Below, one piece after another: positions 12,824-27,645 of a stretch of DNA of 64,000 bases. A program made the translations under genes and the position numbers. The stretch's first letter is position 1, and each line of letters starts with the position of its first letter. The DNA comes from Ruditapes philippinarum (lineage: Eukaryota). Below the pieces are notes generated by a model, which saw only the letters and a list, made by a program, of their open reading frames with translations, searched no databases and was not told the DNA's origin. The stretch covers positions 434,001 to 498,000 of the forward strand of contig NW_026866838.1 of the NCBI RefSeq assembly GCF_026571515.1, written 5' to 3'.

Positions 12824-14332
12824 ATTATGTTACTTGTCTGAATTACATTGTTGTGCAATGTTTGTAAATGTCATTTATGTACAATTTATTGAATAAATAA
12901 AGTTTAAACTAATGCCAAACACATATTTTACCAAAAAAATAGTCATGAAAATACAAAGATAGATCTAAACAGAAGTGTTCGATTTAAATGAAGATTTTGT
13001 TTTAAGTTATAGATTTCTAAGTCCATTATATTCCTTCCAACATGTGAAAAGTAGAAATCTAGTTTATATCTAGATTTAGGTATATTTAAATTTCACTGTA
13101 CAGTATATATTATAATAATTTAACATGTTCTCAAGCTTGGTTTTGGATTGACCTTTTATTTATTGTATGTACAACATGTGTATATATGTATTACGAAATA
13201 AGTCGCTGGGCTTACAAATATACTGTACAAAGCGCTGCATAGTTTATGGTCATTAAAATGTCATTAATAGTTCAACTGTATATTTCATCAATATACCATA
13301 ACTATCAACACTTATGATTAATAAGTAATATGTAAGGATATATGTTATTTTTATAGATTAAAAGACAACAACAAAAAAAACCCTCTCTTTATAGTTTTTG
13401 GGTAGGGAGGTGTGTGGTACATTTTTCGATACAGTTTTACTGTTAAAATAGTACAAGGTGTTATGCACTTAATTATAGCAATTAAGATAAAAGAATGTTA
13501 TACGATACACTATGTACAGTCTGTGCAAATGAATGGCATAATTGACACGGCTATATCAAATGACGTTTTAATTATAGTGTCAGATATGTGGTAAACTGTA
13601 CGGTAAAACATATTTTAACGATCAAAATTGTACTGATTTTTAACTGTTACCAAGCTAAATATCTGAAAATGGACTTGTCAGTCTTTCATATATAGACAAA
13701 ACCTTTTATTATTTCTAAGGAAAAATTTAAAATAAATACTGACTGAAGAAGGAACAGTTCAGATAATGATTAGACCGTACGGGGTTGTCTTGGTCTGTAC
13801 TGGTCTCATGGGTAGAAACTATTGCCAAAAATTATACAATGATTGTGGGTTAAGCTGTATAATGACGGTCAATAATTATACCAAAACAGAACAATTAGTC
13901 TTGTTTTCCTTGATCATCATCACATATATAGATTATAACTAAAAATATGCATACTAAAATAACAGTATAAAGGTTAAAGATTCACAGTCATTTTTTTCTT
14001 TTGCAATTTTTAAAAATCAGTTGACGTTTGTTAACAAACATTTAGAGAATAAAAAATACACTGAGAATAAGTTCAAAAGCTGTTCACAGATAAAGTATCC
14101 GTCTTTTTCAAACACTCTAAAGATCCACAATGCTTAAAAAAATACCAACAAAATTTTACGATTGAAATATTAATGTTTTTACTTAATAGCTTCAGTAATC
14201 GGCCTCACAATCTCTGGCCTGTTGTTTGAAATTAAAAACAAAATAACATGCTGGAATATCAATGTATATTCATATATTTTTTTGCTTTTATAACAAAATA
14301 CTACGTTATTGGCGCTGTACAACTAAATTGTT

Positions 14333-14462
14333 CACTAAGTATATGTTAGTGTTCATCCGTGCTGTTCTACAGAAATTAGAAACTTCGACGGGAGCGATAG
14401 CGACAGGAGAATGTTTCTAATTTCTGTAGAACAGCTATGGATGAACACTAACATATTTAGTG
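14333..14462. repeat. ~130-bp hairpin (palindromic) element
   Basis: CACTAAGTATATGTTAGTGTTCATCC...GGATGAACACTAACATATTTAGTG with apex GGAGCGATAGCGAC. Confidence 0.7.
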
Positions 14463-15317
14463 TCAAGCTTTATTTGGCCCTTGATTACGTCACTACGCGC
14501 TACTATGAAGCACTATGAAAAATAGAAGGCGACTATGAACGGATTTCAATATAGTATCGACTTTCTTTCTTCCATGAAAATTAACACACATAATTTTTAA
14601 GAAATACAGCGTTATCATTGGATGACAAATAAAGCTGGACACTAATAAGTTATACTCTACAAATGTACTCCTTGCCGAAAAACTTATTTTATAAATAATT
14701 ATTAAACCCGGCATTGAAATTAATTTCCGAAACGAGCATTTATTTACTATTTGTTTGATCACCTTTATGACTTTTATTTATTAAGCACAAGTAAACGGTC
14801 CACTTTTTAATTACCGAAATGATTTGAAATAGACGAAAAATCAATACGAATATAAAAAAAGTAATTCAAGATAAGAAGTTGTGTGACGAGTGTATATGTG
14901 AATGGTAATAAACCATTTTGAATTTTGCTTTCTCATCTCAGGCCCTTGAACGCATTTTGTAAAGTAAATAAAAGTGAGCAAACCATGTAATAATAACCGA
15001 TGAATGCCGAATTTAATTTTAATGGGAATTCTTTAATCGATCTGTGCATAGCAACACTATACTGCTATACCACACATATATTTGGCTTCTAAACAGTAAA
15101 ATTATGTTCCACAGGCGTGATTGTGACCAATGTGAAAATGATTGTTCCAAAGTGAAAACAAAACACCCCAGCAGTCAAACAGTTATATTATCAGTAATAC
15201 AGATTTTGACAGGTTATATGACCCTTGTCTTGAAATATAACCAAAGGCGCAAGGCATTTTTTAGAGGAAATAGTGAGATTTCTTCATATTTTTATTAACA
15301 GCAGTCGTGTATATTAT

Positions 15318-15458
15318 TAGTTATTAAATATTTTTGACAGGTTATATAGCCCTATATAAACGGCTGTTAGGAAATATAACCCGAGCCGCTAGGCGAGGGA
15401 TATATTGCAAACAACTTTTTATATACGGTCATATAAGCTGTCAGGAATATTTATAACG
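15318..15458. repeat. Hairpin element with CGAG-loop-CGAG apex
   Basis: Arms TGACAGGTTATATAGCC / GGTCATATAAGCTGTCA around CCGAGCCGCTAGGCGAGG. Confidence 0.6.
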
Positions 15459-18400
15459 AATTTACAGCAAACTTCTTTTTTGTACAGTATCATTATACAA
15501 GACATATCAGATAAAATGAAATACACCTTACTGTACTGTACATTTTCAATATGTGCACAGATACAATTCCTTTGGCATCAAAACAATCACAAACCATGCA
15601 GGGTTCGAGCCGATGATTCTTGTAATCAGAAGCAAGTACCTGAATCACTAGACTATCCCCCATCGCCAAGCTTCCGGCGAATAATGCTTAATTAACCGAG
15701 CAGCACCTATACCTTCCATAAATTATTCTAGTCGAACTATTGACAGCATAAATAATTTAGATAAATCAATTACACAGGAATATTTGCACGTACATATTGT
15801 TAAAATTACTCGTTCGCAATTTATGCGAATATCTTAACATTTACACGTAAACTTGTCATTCAGTTGGTTTAAACAATATGTATTTCTTCATCAATATTTA
15901 CAGTCAAAATTATAATAAATAAATTACATTCAGGAATGGATGGAGAAAAAAGCTTAAAGCTTATATGAAACTCTCTCCTGTAAAAACATAGGTGTATGAT
16001 AAGGTGATCAGGAAATAATTCGCCATGAAGTCGTGAATTTTTCGGCAAGTTTCGTCACATTTGTATGTCTTATGCATGTCAAAGAAGAGATCAAGAATAT
16101 TCTTGTCATCTAGACGCTGGCGAAATTTAGTTGAAATTTAATGAGCTATATTACTTGATAATTTAAACATATTTCATTGCTCTTTTATTGTAATGTTATA
16201 TAATATGTATAAATTAACTGTAAATTATCAACAACAAAAATGTGATTCCGGCCTGTTTTTGGGGGGCTTCCAATTTACATATACAAGTATCATGTTTAAA
16301 TTCCCACCATATAGCACAACAAGCAATTTTACTTGTATCTTCTTCGTCTAGCACTGAATTATTAATCAGTGTTTCCTTCTCTTGATCGATCAACATTCCT
16401 GTCTATCCTAAACCCTTGCTACGATAATTGATTGATTGATTGATTGATATTTTACATATTAATTAAACATGTTCAAGTGCTCAGAGACACCTCGAAATCT
16501 CCTCGATTCTTATCCGGGCGATTAGAATATAATACTTTATCAGTTATTTATGTTATCTTCGAGTATGCATATTTTGCGTACCCAATGGACTATTTGGAAG
16601 GAGACCTACATGACCGTAATGGATTCCCCATAGCCATTATCCGGAGTTTGACGGAAATGACCGAACAGTTATCGAAGTAGGCATGTTTGATGAGATATAC
16701 ATAATGCATTGTTAATTATAATATATCCTTGTACAATACATTTATAAATACAGAATGTGATACTGAGATACCTTGCCTAATATACTCTTTCAATGCTCAT
16801 AGATAGTTTCAATAGAAATTAATATCATTTCAAAAATCTGGAGAAAGATATCCTTCAGTAGAACAAATCACAACAAAAATACATAAAAATTACAGACTCG
16901 GTTTAACCTGAATCTGTACATGAGGGATAATGAAAAAGTGCAACATCCCTCATGCTCTCTAGCACCGGCTTGAGCGGAACTGAATTCACAACACTTAAAA
17001 GTGCTGGAATCAATGATCCCAAAGTAACAACATGTCCTTCTATCTACTGAACAAAAAGCACATTTTAAACATTGACCGATATTTAAGTTTATATAATAAT
17101 TATGTAAATCCTAAATAAGATTAAGGGATTAAAAGGTGAAATGGATTATAAAACGTTTGTTCTTTTTTTCTTCAGAGAAATAAATATATATGCCAGTTCT
17201 ATATTGTTTACCAGATTTCTATGTAAAATAAATTTGGCTTAGCTCTCTAAGAGTTTTTTTTAACTGTTTGAAATAGAATGTATGACGCCTGTTTTATCTT
17301 GTCAAAGATCACTGCATGTAATTTATGTCACTGTATGAAAATAATTTATAGTGATTTTTTTTAAAAGAAATTTTAAGTGAAAAACAATTATTTAGATTTG
17401 TACATAATGATAATAATAAGGTTGAGGTTTGAAAAAGAATAAGACCCCCCCCCCCCAATAAAAATAATAATAATAATGATAAATAAATAAATAAAATAAC
17501 ACTAAAAAAATGATAAAAGAAAATAAAAAATAAAACTAAATAAACAAAAAAATGAACAACAAAAAAAGAAGAAAAACAAACAAAACAAAAACAACAGCAA
17601 CTAATCCAAATCATTTTAAATTCAGATGGCGCATCTTAATGTATTCAGTTATTTTATTGAATTTATGTGGGAGGTGCATATTTTAATTCAAAGCTAATCA
17701 GATATGTTTATTATGTCAAAGTATTTTACCAATAAAACATACATGCGCTTTCAGATCGTAAAATATTCGTACTAGTCATAATTTTTAAAGGGCCTAACTG
17801 ACAAAGATTTTTCCTCAAGCTAATGTAAAGTTAAAGTTGTTATTCTTATTCTTTTGGATGTTAGTTAACATAATAATGAAACAAAATAGGTCAAATTCTT
17901 GCAGGAATATAGAATAAATGATATTATCATAAAGACAACTTGCAATACTGCCAAATAAACATAATAATGACTTTAAACTATTGTAATATGAATGACGGTT
18001 CCTGACGTTTAAAAGTTAGATCTTTCAAATTTTATTTAACATTTTGAATTTGAATCATCAAAACAGACCTTGAATTTGAACACAAAATATAAAGATAATG
18101 ACCATGAAAAAGGTAGATTATTGTTATAATGTTTTGAAAACGCAGAGAATGCAAAAAAAATATGTAGTGCACATGGGTTGGCCAATAATAAACCTCAATA
18201 AATTAAAAGATTCCAATGAAATAAGAGTTTTCATTATTGACAAATAATGTTTACAATTTTATTCAAATACATGTGTATATGCCAATTTTTTTCTCAGATT
18301 TTTGGTTCTAAAGTAAAAAAAAGTTGGGTCCGTTCTTTACAATATATTCTTTTTTAAAGAGAATATATTTGCGGAATTACAAAACACCGATCACACGTAA

Positions 18401-19765
18401 AAATAAATAATCATCATACTCAGATTAAAGATTAGAATTTTTTCTTCCAGACGTTGTAGAATTTAATATTTATCTGCTATATTTAAGTTTAAAATGTATG
18501 ACAAAGGAATGTTGTAATGAATCATGTGTACATGTATATAACAAAACGTATATTTAACTAAACCGTCATATTATACATGGTCATATTTGTATATTATAAT
18601 GTTATCACATTGTTGAGTACAATACTAAGTGATATTGGACGAGTAAGCAGCTGTCAAATCTGTATAGGCCGAGACGCTAGCCGAGGCTGATATAGGTTTT
18701 GCAACCGTGTATAGTTCAAAAGAACACAGTGTTGTTCTCAACAATATATAATGAACTCTTTGTTTCACATAACCACCATTTTTAACATTTTGACAGACCT
18801 TTGTTGCGTCAAGTGTAATAAGTATTTGATATGAACTTTTGGTATCTAAAACGAAAATGAAGCTAGATGGAGTACAATATGCATTTGCTATAGCTATTTT
18901 GGGCTCTGAAAATGATAACGAGGTATACATTTGATATTAATATTCTGGTATATTTTACAAACAATGTCTCAAAATTTAAATTACTGAAAAATTTAAATTA
19001 CTGAAGACAGTATCATCTGCACGATTCCAGTGTAGTATTGCACGTGTAGTATTGCACGTGTAAATGGTGATCAAATATTTTTAGAGGTTCGGTCGTAAAA
19101 ACGACATAAGTAAATTTAATTGAGTAAGATTACTTTTTTATGAAGAAATTAATCTTGTTTATACAAACCCATTGAAACGTCAACAGATTTATGTATAATT
19201 TAACCATATATTTTTCTACGCCAAAAGAACATATTTCAATCTTTCCGTCTTTACAAAAAGTTCTAGTAAATAAGATTTTTTTTAAAACAGCTTTGAAATG
19301 ACAAAACATAAGTAAGGCTTTTCTTTTTAAGACAATCACGATACACAACAGGTATACATGTTTACTTTAAAAAGTTTTTTATTAACTAGAGTGAACTTTT
19401 AAAGTGTATGTTAATGATAAAGGTTACGTGTATTGCATTTTTTTTAGCTTTATAGGGGACAGATTTATAGATATGAAAGGGAAGGTTGAAGTGGATCGTT
19501 CAGTTATTGATTAAACTTTCTTTACTAGATATTTCTATTTACAGCCGGAAATTGAAAGTACATTAATACGTGATAATATTGGCAAACAACTGAATATCTG
19601 ACCTTGGAACTACTTTAGTGTCAATTAAGTGCGTCTTTTTCTCTCTCTGTTATACAATTTATCAAACGTCTAATTCATTATTTAAGTAAATTCATGTTCA
19701 ATTATGAAGTGAATAGAATTATTAGATATATATGTGTTATAAACTGTACGTTACCAGTCCAATGC

Positions 19766-19858
19766 TAAAAGAAAGAAAGAAAGAAAGAAAGAAAAAAAGA
19801 AAGAAAAAAAGAAAGAAAGAAAAAAAGAAAAAAAGAAAGAAAGAAAGAAAGAAAGAAA
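19766..19858 (+). repeat. (GAAA)n microsatellite
   Basis: Direct inspection. Confidence 0.95.
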
Positions 19859-22800
19859 TATACGTTTGTTTTGTATAGCCGAACACCTGTCAAGGAAGGT
19901 CATTAATTTGTTGAAAGAAAATGTAGTTTCTTAACAACATGGTCATGTAGGTCAAATTATTCTGTAAAAAGTTTAAAATAGAATTTCAAAATCAAGTGAC
20001 AGGATTTCTTAAGATAGTCTTAATTAAGAAGTGGCCTTTGGCTGGGGGTTTAATTGTTTATATGAAGGGAACTATTAAGGATGATGCCCGTGAAATTGTC
20101 TGTTTTTATATTTAAGCAACATGTAGAATCAAATAAATACATCATACGACGACCGTTGACATAATTCGACTCAATTGGCCTATGTATAAATTGTCTTAAA
20201 AAGTAAAGCTATTACTTTCATCTATTCTTATATTGTACATGTAATATTATAAATATGTATCTATTATATCTAATGCAATGAATGAATGGAATTAAATATT
20301 TAAGTTGTATTTTGCACGTTATTAAAGTTCATAAACTGGTGTTTGGCACGCTAATTAAAAAATCATATTTTATAAAGTATCGTGTTAACCTACAGGTCTT
20401 TTGATATTATCAGTATTAAAGGTGTAGGATCTATGGTATATCTTTTTAAATATAAACCGATGATATATGATATCTTAAAGTCTTAATAATCACGTGTAAA
20501 TGTACTTCTGTGCCTGATTGATTGAAAGTTTTAATTATTTATTCTTGATGATAAAAAATACCGGGTCAATGTCCGAAAAATGATGGGTATATTCAGTAAA
20601 AATCGTCTATATACGTTGAACCATAAAACAAGCTTATCTTTTCTTTCATTCATGAATTATGAAAATATATACTTAAAAGTTTAAGAAAAAACTCTACAGA
20701 AATATGACATTGAACATGAATATTAAAGTGTGTAAATAGAATATTAAATTATTTATAGAGAAGATCAATATACTGACTTTAATTTTTCTTTCATGTAAGG
20801 GTTAAAAAAGTAGGAGAAATTACTCGTAAGTATGAAATACATTGACAAGGTTTTTTTAAAAAAGCGTCTTTAATATTCAATACCGCCCCCCACTCTCACC
20901 ACCCCACCATTCTTCAAACCTTGACTAAATCGTGTATTTATTAGCATCGTTTTTATCAAAGTCAAAATCATCAATAAAATTCAATGACCTCTTCATAAAA
21001 TAAATATCTGGGTCAAACAAATATTATATTTATATCAATATTCTGTCCAAGGTACAACACTTTTGTTTTCACTGTGACATACTTTTTTAAAAAAAAATGT
21101 GAACTCTGCCAATAAGATCGATTTCTGAAAGCTAATATTAGTTTGTAAAGAATGATCATTATAAGTATTTACAGAGATTTTGACCTTCTCAGCTAGCTAA
21201 GTGTATGTGATACTCGATATTAAGACAAAGTTGTCATATTTACTTTAAATACTTTAATAATTCGTATACGCTTTGCAAAGACATGGACAGGATAGCCCAT
21301 CTGTTGATTAATTGTATGGAACGCCTTTTCAGTAAATATAACGTCCACTTTTTGAAAGCGATATTAACAGACTCACACATAGTCAGTTTACCCAGGATTA
21401 TATTATTTTGATAGTAATTCATAATGTAAGCACAGTCCGTTTAAAGGCAACCTGTTCTTTATAAGCAACCATTTCGTGACATTAAATGATTATTTGCATG
21501 TTACAGAGTTATGGGCCTTGTTTTGCTTTATTTCTCGTCTGCTGCAGTAAAATAGCAGACAGAAAATACTGAATCTGTAATGCTTAATTATATTTTTTCA
21601 TTGTTTTATGAAAGACTTTTCCTTTTTTGCGTTTTATCTTATAACATGTTATGTATTGTTAACGTGACAATATAAAAAGCATTTTTTTCAATAGAGGAAG
21701 TATTTGATATGGTACGATTGGTGATTAACATGTTTAAATACCGTGTTACCTTTCATAGAAAAAAGATCAGGATGAGCTGTGCGCATGCGTGCAAAAATGT
21801 GAAGCCTACATCCGATGGTTTTGTATGTATTTAATGAAACATTATAATTATTTAGTCACTATTTCTATTTTCAGATGAAAGACGAAAGAATCAAAAACTG
21901 TTAAATCAGGGAAACTTTAAACCTCACAGAATAATTCCAGAGATTATGCTATTTATAGAACAGTCCACGGTGATAACTTCAAAGTGATTACAGTCTATTT
22001 ATATATTATCATTTATTGTGTAAACTAAAAAGTTTGTAAATTATTTCATCAATTCAAATTGGTCGACACTTGAATATGACAAGTGCATACTTCACAGTGA
22101 CTACTTGGATGTAATTTCCTGCACGGTTTTCACGTTTCACGGATAATGTCACGTCACGGTTGTGTATAAGTGTTAAATGGACATTTATGGCGATGTCAGC
22201 TTCTCTACTATTGCATACATTTGTCTTTCAAAACAACAGTAACATGTTATTATTTTTTATGATTTATTTGATATATTTATACATATTATAGTATATAGAA
22301 TGAGATGAAGCATATTTCCACATCACATCTTATTGTCGTCTGGTATTTAAGTTACATGGCGTTGCTCGAAGCAAATATGAAAACCGAGACAGACAATATG
22401 TATTATTTACACCGAAATAGTACGGATTATTTTTTCTCTTTTTGAAAACAACAGGCAGTATAAAATACAGTGCAGCCCGGTTATTATACTCCCCAATATA
22501 CATATTCTATTGTCCTCGTTTAAAATCTTTTTAAAAAATGTTAATTTAGTTAATTTAGAATGTTTGTTAGATCTTAAGAATATTATATGCAGTATATATC
22601 TTTTAGTGCAATTGATAATATCTATACTCGTAAAAGCATCAACAGTGCCGTACAAAAGTTTGCAAACATTTTAAGTTTAATTTCAGTGCGTTATGTTTTT
22701 TTCCCCGTGCGTTAACTAGTTTTTTCGAGCAATGTAAATGTTATGTAAATATTCTGTTTCTTGTTCTACATAGCTAATTTATTTATAAAATGAAGAAAAA

Positions 22801-24149
22801 ATATCGAAGCAATACCAAGAAACACTGTTTACTTTATTCTAAAAAAATATGTTTATAATTTGTTTTGAGTAAAACTCTTGTAATGTTAATCCATTTACCT
22901 AAGGTATTTGGTTAAATACTCTTTCTTTATACATGTATATTTTTACACCTGAACATTATGTGTCTCCACTTTTGTAAAAAGTACAGAATCTAAAGTCATT
23001 TGTGTTTCACATTTGTTTTTGTTTTGTTTTGTTTTTTGATATTTTGTTACAAGATGAAATAAAAAACATAGAAAAAAATGATAGCTTGTTTGATACTAAT
23101 GCGTATTCACACCTATACGTTCCAAAATGGAATCATACGACAGCTATTGTATATGCCATTCTTTTATTATTTTTTTAAACAAAGTATAATTTCTTCCTTC
23201 TAAAAATGGAGAGATTATATATGAATCAATTTCCAATTTGTTTGGCCAGCTGGAAGAACTATTGTTTCACAATCTTTTGCAATTTTGCTTTCAACTGGCA
23301 GCTTTGATAATATTTTTTCTCTCGAGTTTATATTCCGCAATACCAGATCGATGAAACACTTAATATAGTTGTATCGTTAATCGAAGAAAAACATTAACCG
23401 ACATTTTAACAATCAAACGGACCTGTGCAGTTTTATTTCAAGACTGTCTCAAGTTATTTTTATTTATATGGGGGAGTCAAAGACTGGGTCTGCGAACCCA
23501 TGGATTGTCTCACTATAGACTACACGTGTGATTTTAAAAGGTATATTATTCAAATAAAACTATCTAAAATATATATGTCCGTCATTTTTCTGTTTGACTT
23601 GCCGCCACCCGCTTTATAAGGCACATAAGCGCCGCCTCTGTAAAATCTCGGACACAAAGCCTTATGATATTCTTTAACGTTTCTTTAAATTCTAGCGGTT
23701 ATAGTAAAGCAGGTATTTTGTATTTAAGTTATTTTCTACACACGCGCCGTGATCACAATGTATCTGATTTCAAAATTTCGCCATTGTTAATCTTATAGAT
23801 ATAATATTAGACTTAAAAGTGGTATTAAATTAGTACAAGTTCATGAAATGTAAGTCAAATATCGTATTTATTTTACAAAATGTGTGTGTCGGTAATTTTT
23901 ATACAAATATTGATTTTAATCATATAAATCTTATTTTATTCAATTATTATTGTAGTGTGTATTGATATTCTTAAATCTTATCCGAAAATAAGGTTGCTTC
24001 AATTTTTTGCTTAGCATGATTATGAAGCTGTGCTGATATTTTCTTTGAACGTGGCCCAGTACCGAGACTGTCATCAGAATCAGTGCGCGCGAGTTCGATT
24101 TTGAACTATCGTCACATTTATGTTGTGCAGTACTTACAGAAAATGATGA

Positions 24150-24338
24150 ATTAAAATGGTCCGTGTAAGACACTTTGGATTCTTTCACGTGAATAAGCTA
24201 TCCAGTTAGGTTACAGAATGTCTGCGTTTTACTCAGGTGCCCGTTCATGTCTGAATTAATGGAGTTTTTCGTCCACCAGTAAAGCTGTAATGACACCATA
24301 TGACCTCTGTTGGTGCGACATAAAACGCGACCCCAAAA
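24150..24338 (+). mobile_element. Degenerate copy of the 10895 SINE family
   Basis: Shares CTTTGGATTCTTTCA.GTGA, CTATCCAG, CACCAGTAAAGCTG and CCATATGACCT with 10978-11115. Confidence 0.6.
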
Positions 24339-24589
24339 AATGACAGCGTTAATGTTGTGTTTATGACCTTACGTCTTGTGAATACCAAAGCTTAAAGAAA
24401 ACGACTTATCTGTAACGAATCTACAAAAAAGGACTGGTACTTTCGTCTTCCATTGAATTTTGCCGTTTTGTCGCCTATCAACACGTAAAATATAAATTTA
24501 TATTAATCAATGCCTAAAGAAGCAGCTATCAAATCTCCAATTAGAGACAAAACAATTTTATTAACTGACAATTCTTAAATAATATTTAG

Positions 24590-26900
24590 CTTACTACGCA
24601 CAGTTCCCATTTTAATAACTATCATTTCTGGCAACGGTATAGGGTCTGGATAGGCTGTACGGATATGGAGGCTAGACTGGTTTCTTCTTGCGACAAAGGC
24701 TAATCACTTTTCGGTACAAGACTCGTAATGATATGATGGTTGACTGTGTCCCATTTTCCTTTCAATGTTGTTGGAAGAATTGCGCATTCCATAAGTTAAG
24801 GAAACATGTCGTCCATTGCAATGGAAACGTGAAAAATGATATACGGAATTTTGGAAGTCCAACCACAGCTAAATAAATAATGTTAACTATATCAGTACGA
24901 CACATATAAACCGTTTAGAATAAATCAATATTTACAAAACGTTCTGAATTTCGTCTGCTTTGGCATTAAAGGTTTTCTTGGGCTTACAAACGTCGTAGAG
25001 TGTATACCCCACACGTTCGTTGACATCATTTATATTTGCGTACCGACTCAAAATCGTAACTGTGAAGTACCTCTTCTATTCCCCGGTGCCAAAATGTAAA
25101 CAAACTTACACATATCATTAACAGTCACATTTGAAGATGTTTGTCAATTTCTTAAGTAAACATTATATAATTGAGAAATGAAAATGAAAACTGAATACAT
25201 TTAGAATAACATGAAAACATGCCATAGAAATGCACTGTATATTTCTTATTCTATACAGGAGGGAAATGAGTCGGAACAAAATTAAATATTGACTTATCGA
25301 AAACATGGAAACGCTTTAAAATATCTAAAGCGTCCAGTTTGTTTGTTGTTTTTTCTTTGAGCTATTTATGTGATTTTAAATCTCAGTCTATCAAACATCA
25401 TATGTATAACCATCAATTTTAACTTATGATAAATCATTCCCTTGCTTATTATCTTAATTGATAAAAATTATTTTATATCAACCCCTAAATGTTTATAAAA
25501 CGTTACCATAATTTGGCGGGAAAAGAGAGGAATCTTCTAAAATAATCGTTGGTTCTTCGTATTCGTATGTTTAGTTAGCAAGTTAGCAAATGAGATATAT
25601 TGCAATGCTTTTGTTGTGGCCGAACGATAATAATTCGTGTAATCTAAGGTTATATGTATACCAGTCATACAGGAAATGAATTTAACATCCGCCGGAAATA
25701 GAAAAACTGTGGGTACCCTTCCGAATACCTAAATTTTAATGAAATGGTAGATAGAATGTCCATGTAATTACAGCGTGCACATTTTAAAATTTACATAAAT
25801 ACACTCATTTGCATACTGAAATGAAACTATATCTAGGAAATAGTAATTTAATAAAAGGCACTTATACAATAAAATAACGATAAACTTTGTCATAATTCAT
25901 GAAAAATTCTGAATTAATTAAAGCACATTTTGTGATGATTTGTCAATCAACATGTTGATTATAATTTAGTTTATTCATTTCTAGACCTGCTAATGCTTTT
26001 TTAACTTCTTGTTCTGTTTGTTTGTCTTTCTTGGCACTATTATCTACCAGCGTTCCATTGTACATAGTGTCGTCTGCTGCCAAGTTTGGCGCGTTTTTCT
26101 TCTTGCCTCTATCCTGCGGTTTATAAATGTTAGTTTCGTGCTTAACCGCGATCCTGTAATTACTTCCGGGTCACACTATCCCCTCTCTTTCCGATTGTTC
26201 TTCTGGTTTCTTTTCCTTCACGGAAGGATCAAGGTCCGGATCTATGAGTCTACCATGTTTGCTCTCCATGTTTGATTCTGCCGACTCGGCATGAATATTT
26301 GGTAAGACTGTCTTGCCGTAAATACTATCAAAAATAAACACGATCAAAAATGTAAGTACTTCAAATCTTAAAGTTAATAATATATCTAAAATTCTATATT
26401 AGAAACAAAATCTAAAATATAAAAATACGTCTAATCAATACATAAAAATAAATCATCTTTATAATCAGGCGTCGGACTAGTAATTTAAGGATCGTCTGTC
26501 GAGTGGGTTCAAATCTTGCCATGGACAAGCTGTTGTTTCCTTGGACAAGAAAACTTTACACCCATTGCTCAGTACTGGTTGGTTCGAGACCGTGTTTATA
26601 AGCTTAAAAAATTAGCTTCCTATGCAATCGAGCTGAAATAAATTCTGAGAAAATAAAATGAGACATTGTCATTGTAAACATAATCTACCTCAAGCTACAT
26701 ATAAGAGCCAAGGCTCACACTTCCTGCTGAACATATTCATAAATATATTTCTTTTTATTTCTAGTTCCTAAACAAAATAAAAGACACTTTGTATGTTCAT
26801 AATCCCTTTCACACTTAATTGAATTTAATTTGTGTTGTTGGGGTTGAAGTGATCCTGATCCACCTGTAACCGCTACTCAGTTTTGAACCGTGAACATCTA
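24590..26900 (-). pseudogene. Possible decayed multi-exon gene; best exon 25987-26324 carries an in-frame TGA
   Basis: 25987-26324 has AG/GT boundaries and a ~112-codon hydrophilic frame (IYGKTVLPNIHAES...EGIV*PGSNYR...KKALA) with one stop. Nearby coding-like blocks (~24590-24870, ~24940-25090) also contain stops. Confidence 0.3.
26469..26645 (+). mobile_element. tRNA-derived CORE-type SINE (5'-truncated)
   Basis: GGGTTCAAATC B box followed by TTGTTTCCTTGGACAAGAAAACTTTAC..ATTGCTCAGTACTGG; a sister copy is at 41861-42050. Confidence 0.7.
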
Positions 26901-27289
26901 AAAGAGCGTTTAAGTATTTGTTATCACGCTGATGAAAACATACATACATGAATATAAGCTAATAGTCTTGGTTTCTACTTACATACAGGTCTGATTCAAT
27001 GAAAATAAGAATAAAAAACAAAAAGGAAATGCCCGAATGATGATAATAACTTTAAGATAATAACAGCTGTTCAATCTTAGTACTTCAAATTGACATCTCA
27101 TATACATGTCACTCGTAATAAGAAATGGAAACTGTATGAAATTTCAGATTAAAACTGCAAGCCTTCAGACTCTTTATTATTATATTTATGTAATGTTGGT
27201 ACTTTGAAAAGTTGGTTACTCATCTGGTGGAATGCACATCTGAAGATAAATTATCCTCAAAAGATGCTCCATGAAGTAGGCCCAGTTTA

Positions 27290-27645
27290 TCTTAAAGAAA
27301 GATCAGTCCATAAAACAAACATTTCCGTAAAGGAGACTAAGTCAATTATACAAATTGTTTCGTAAATGAAGATAAGTCCACTTCACAAATTGGTCCGTAA
27401 AGGAAGAAAAGTCCATTAAACAAACTGTTCCATAAAGTTAGGTCCATTAAAAAAATTGTTCCATAAAGAAAGACAAGTTCATTTAACAAATTGTACCTTA
27501 AAGGAATATACGTCCATTTAACAAATTGTTGCATAAAGGAAGATAGGTCCATTAAAAAAATTGTTCCATAAAGAAAGATAAGTCCATCAAACAAATTGTC
27601 CAATTCGGGAAGACAAGTCAATTAAACACATCGTTCCGCGAAATA
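27290..27645 (+). repeat. ~35-bp minisatellite, ~10 diverged copies
   Basis: Unit ~AAACAAATTGTTCCGTAAAGGAAGATAAGTCCATT. Confidence 0.85.

Noticed and set aside
16214-16680. Short ORFs that look slightly coding
   Set aside because: No recognisable homology or consistent exon chain could be built.
17309-17614. 101-aa hydrophobic ORF
   Set aside because: Translation of an A-rich low-complexity tract.
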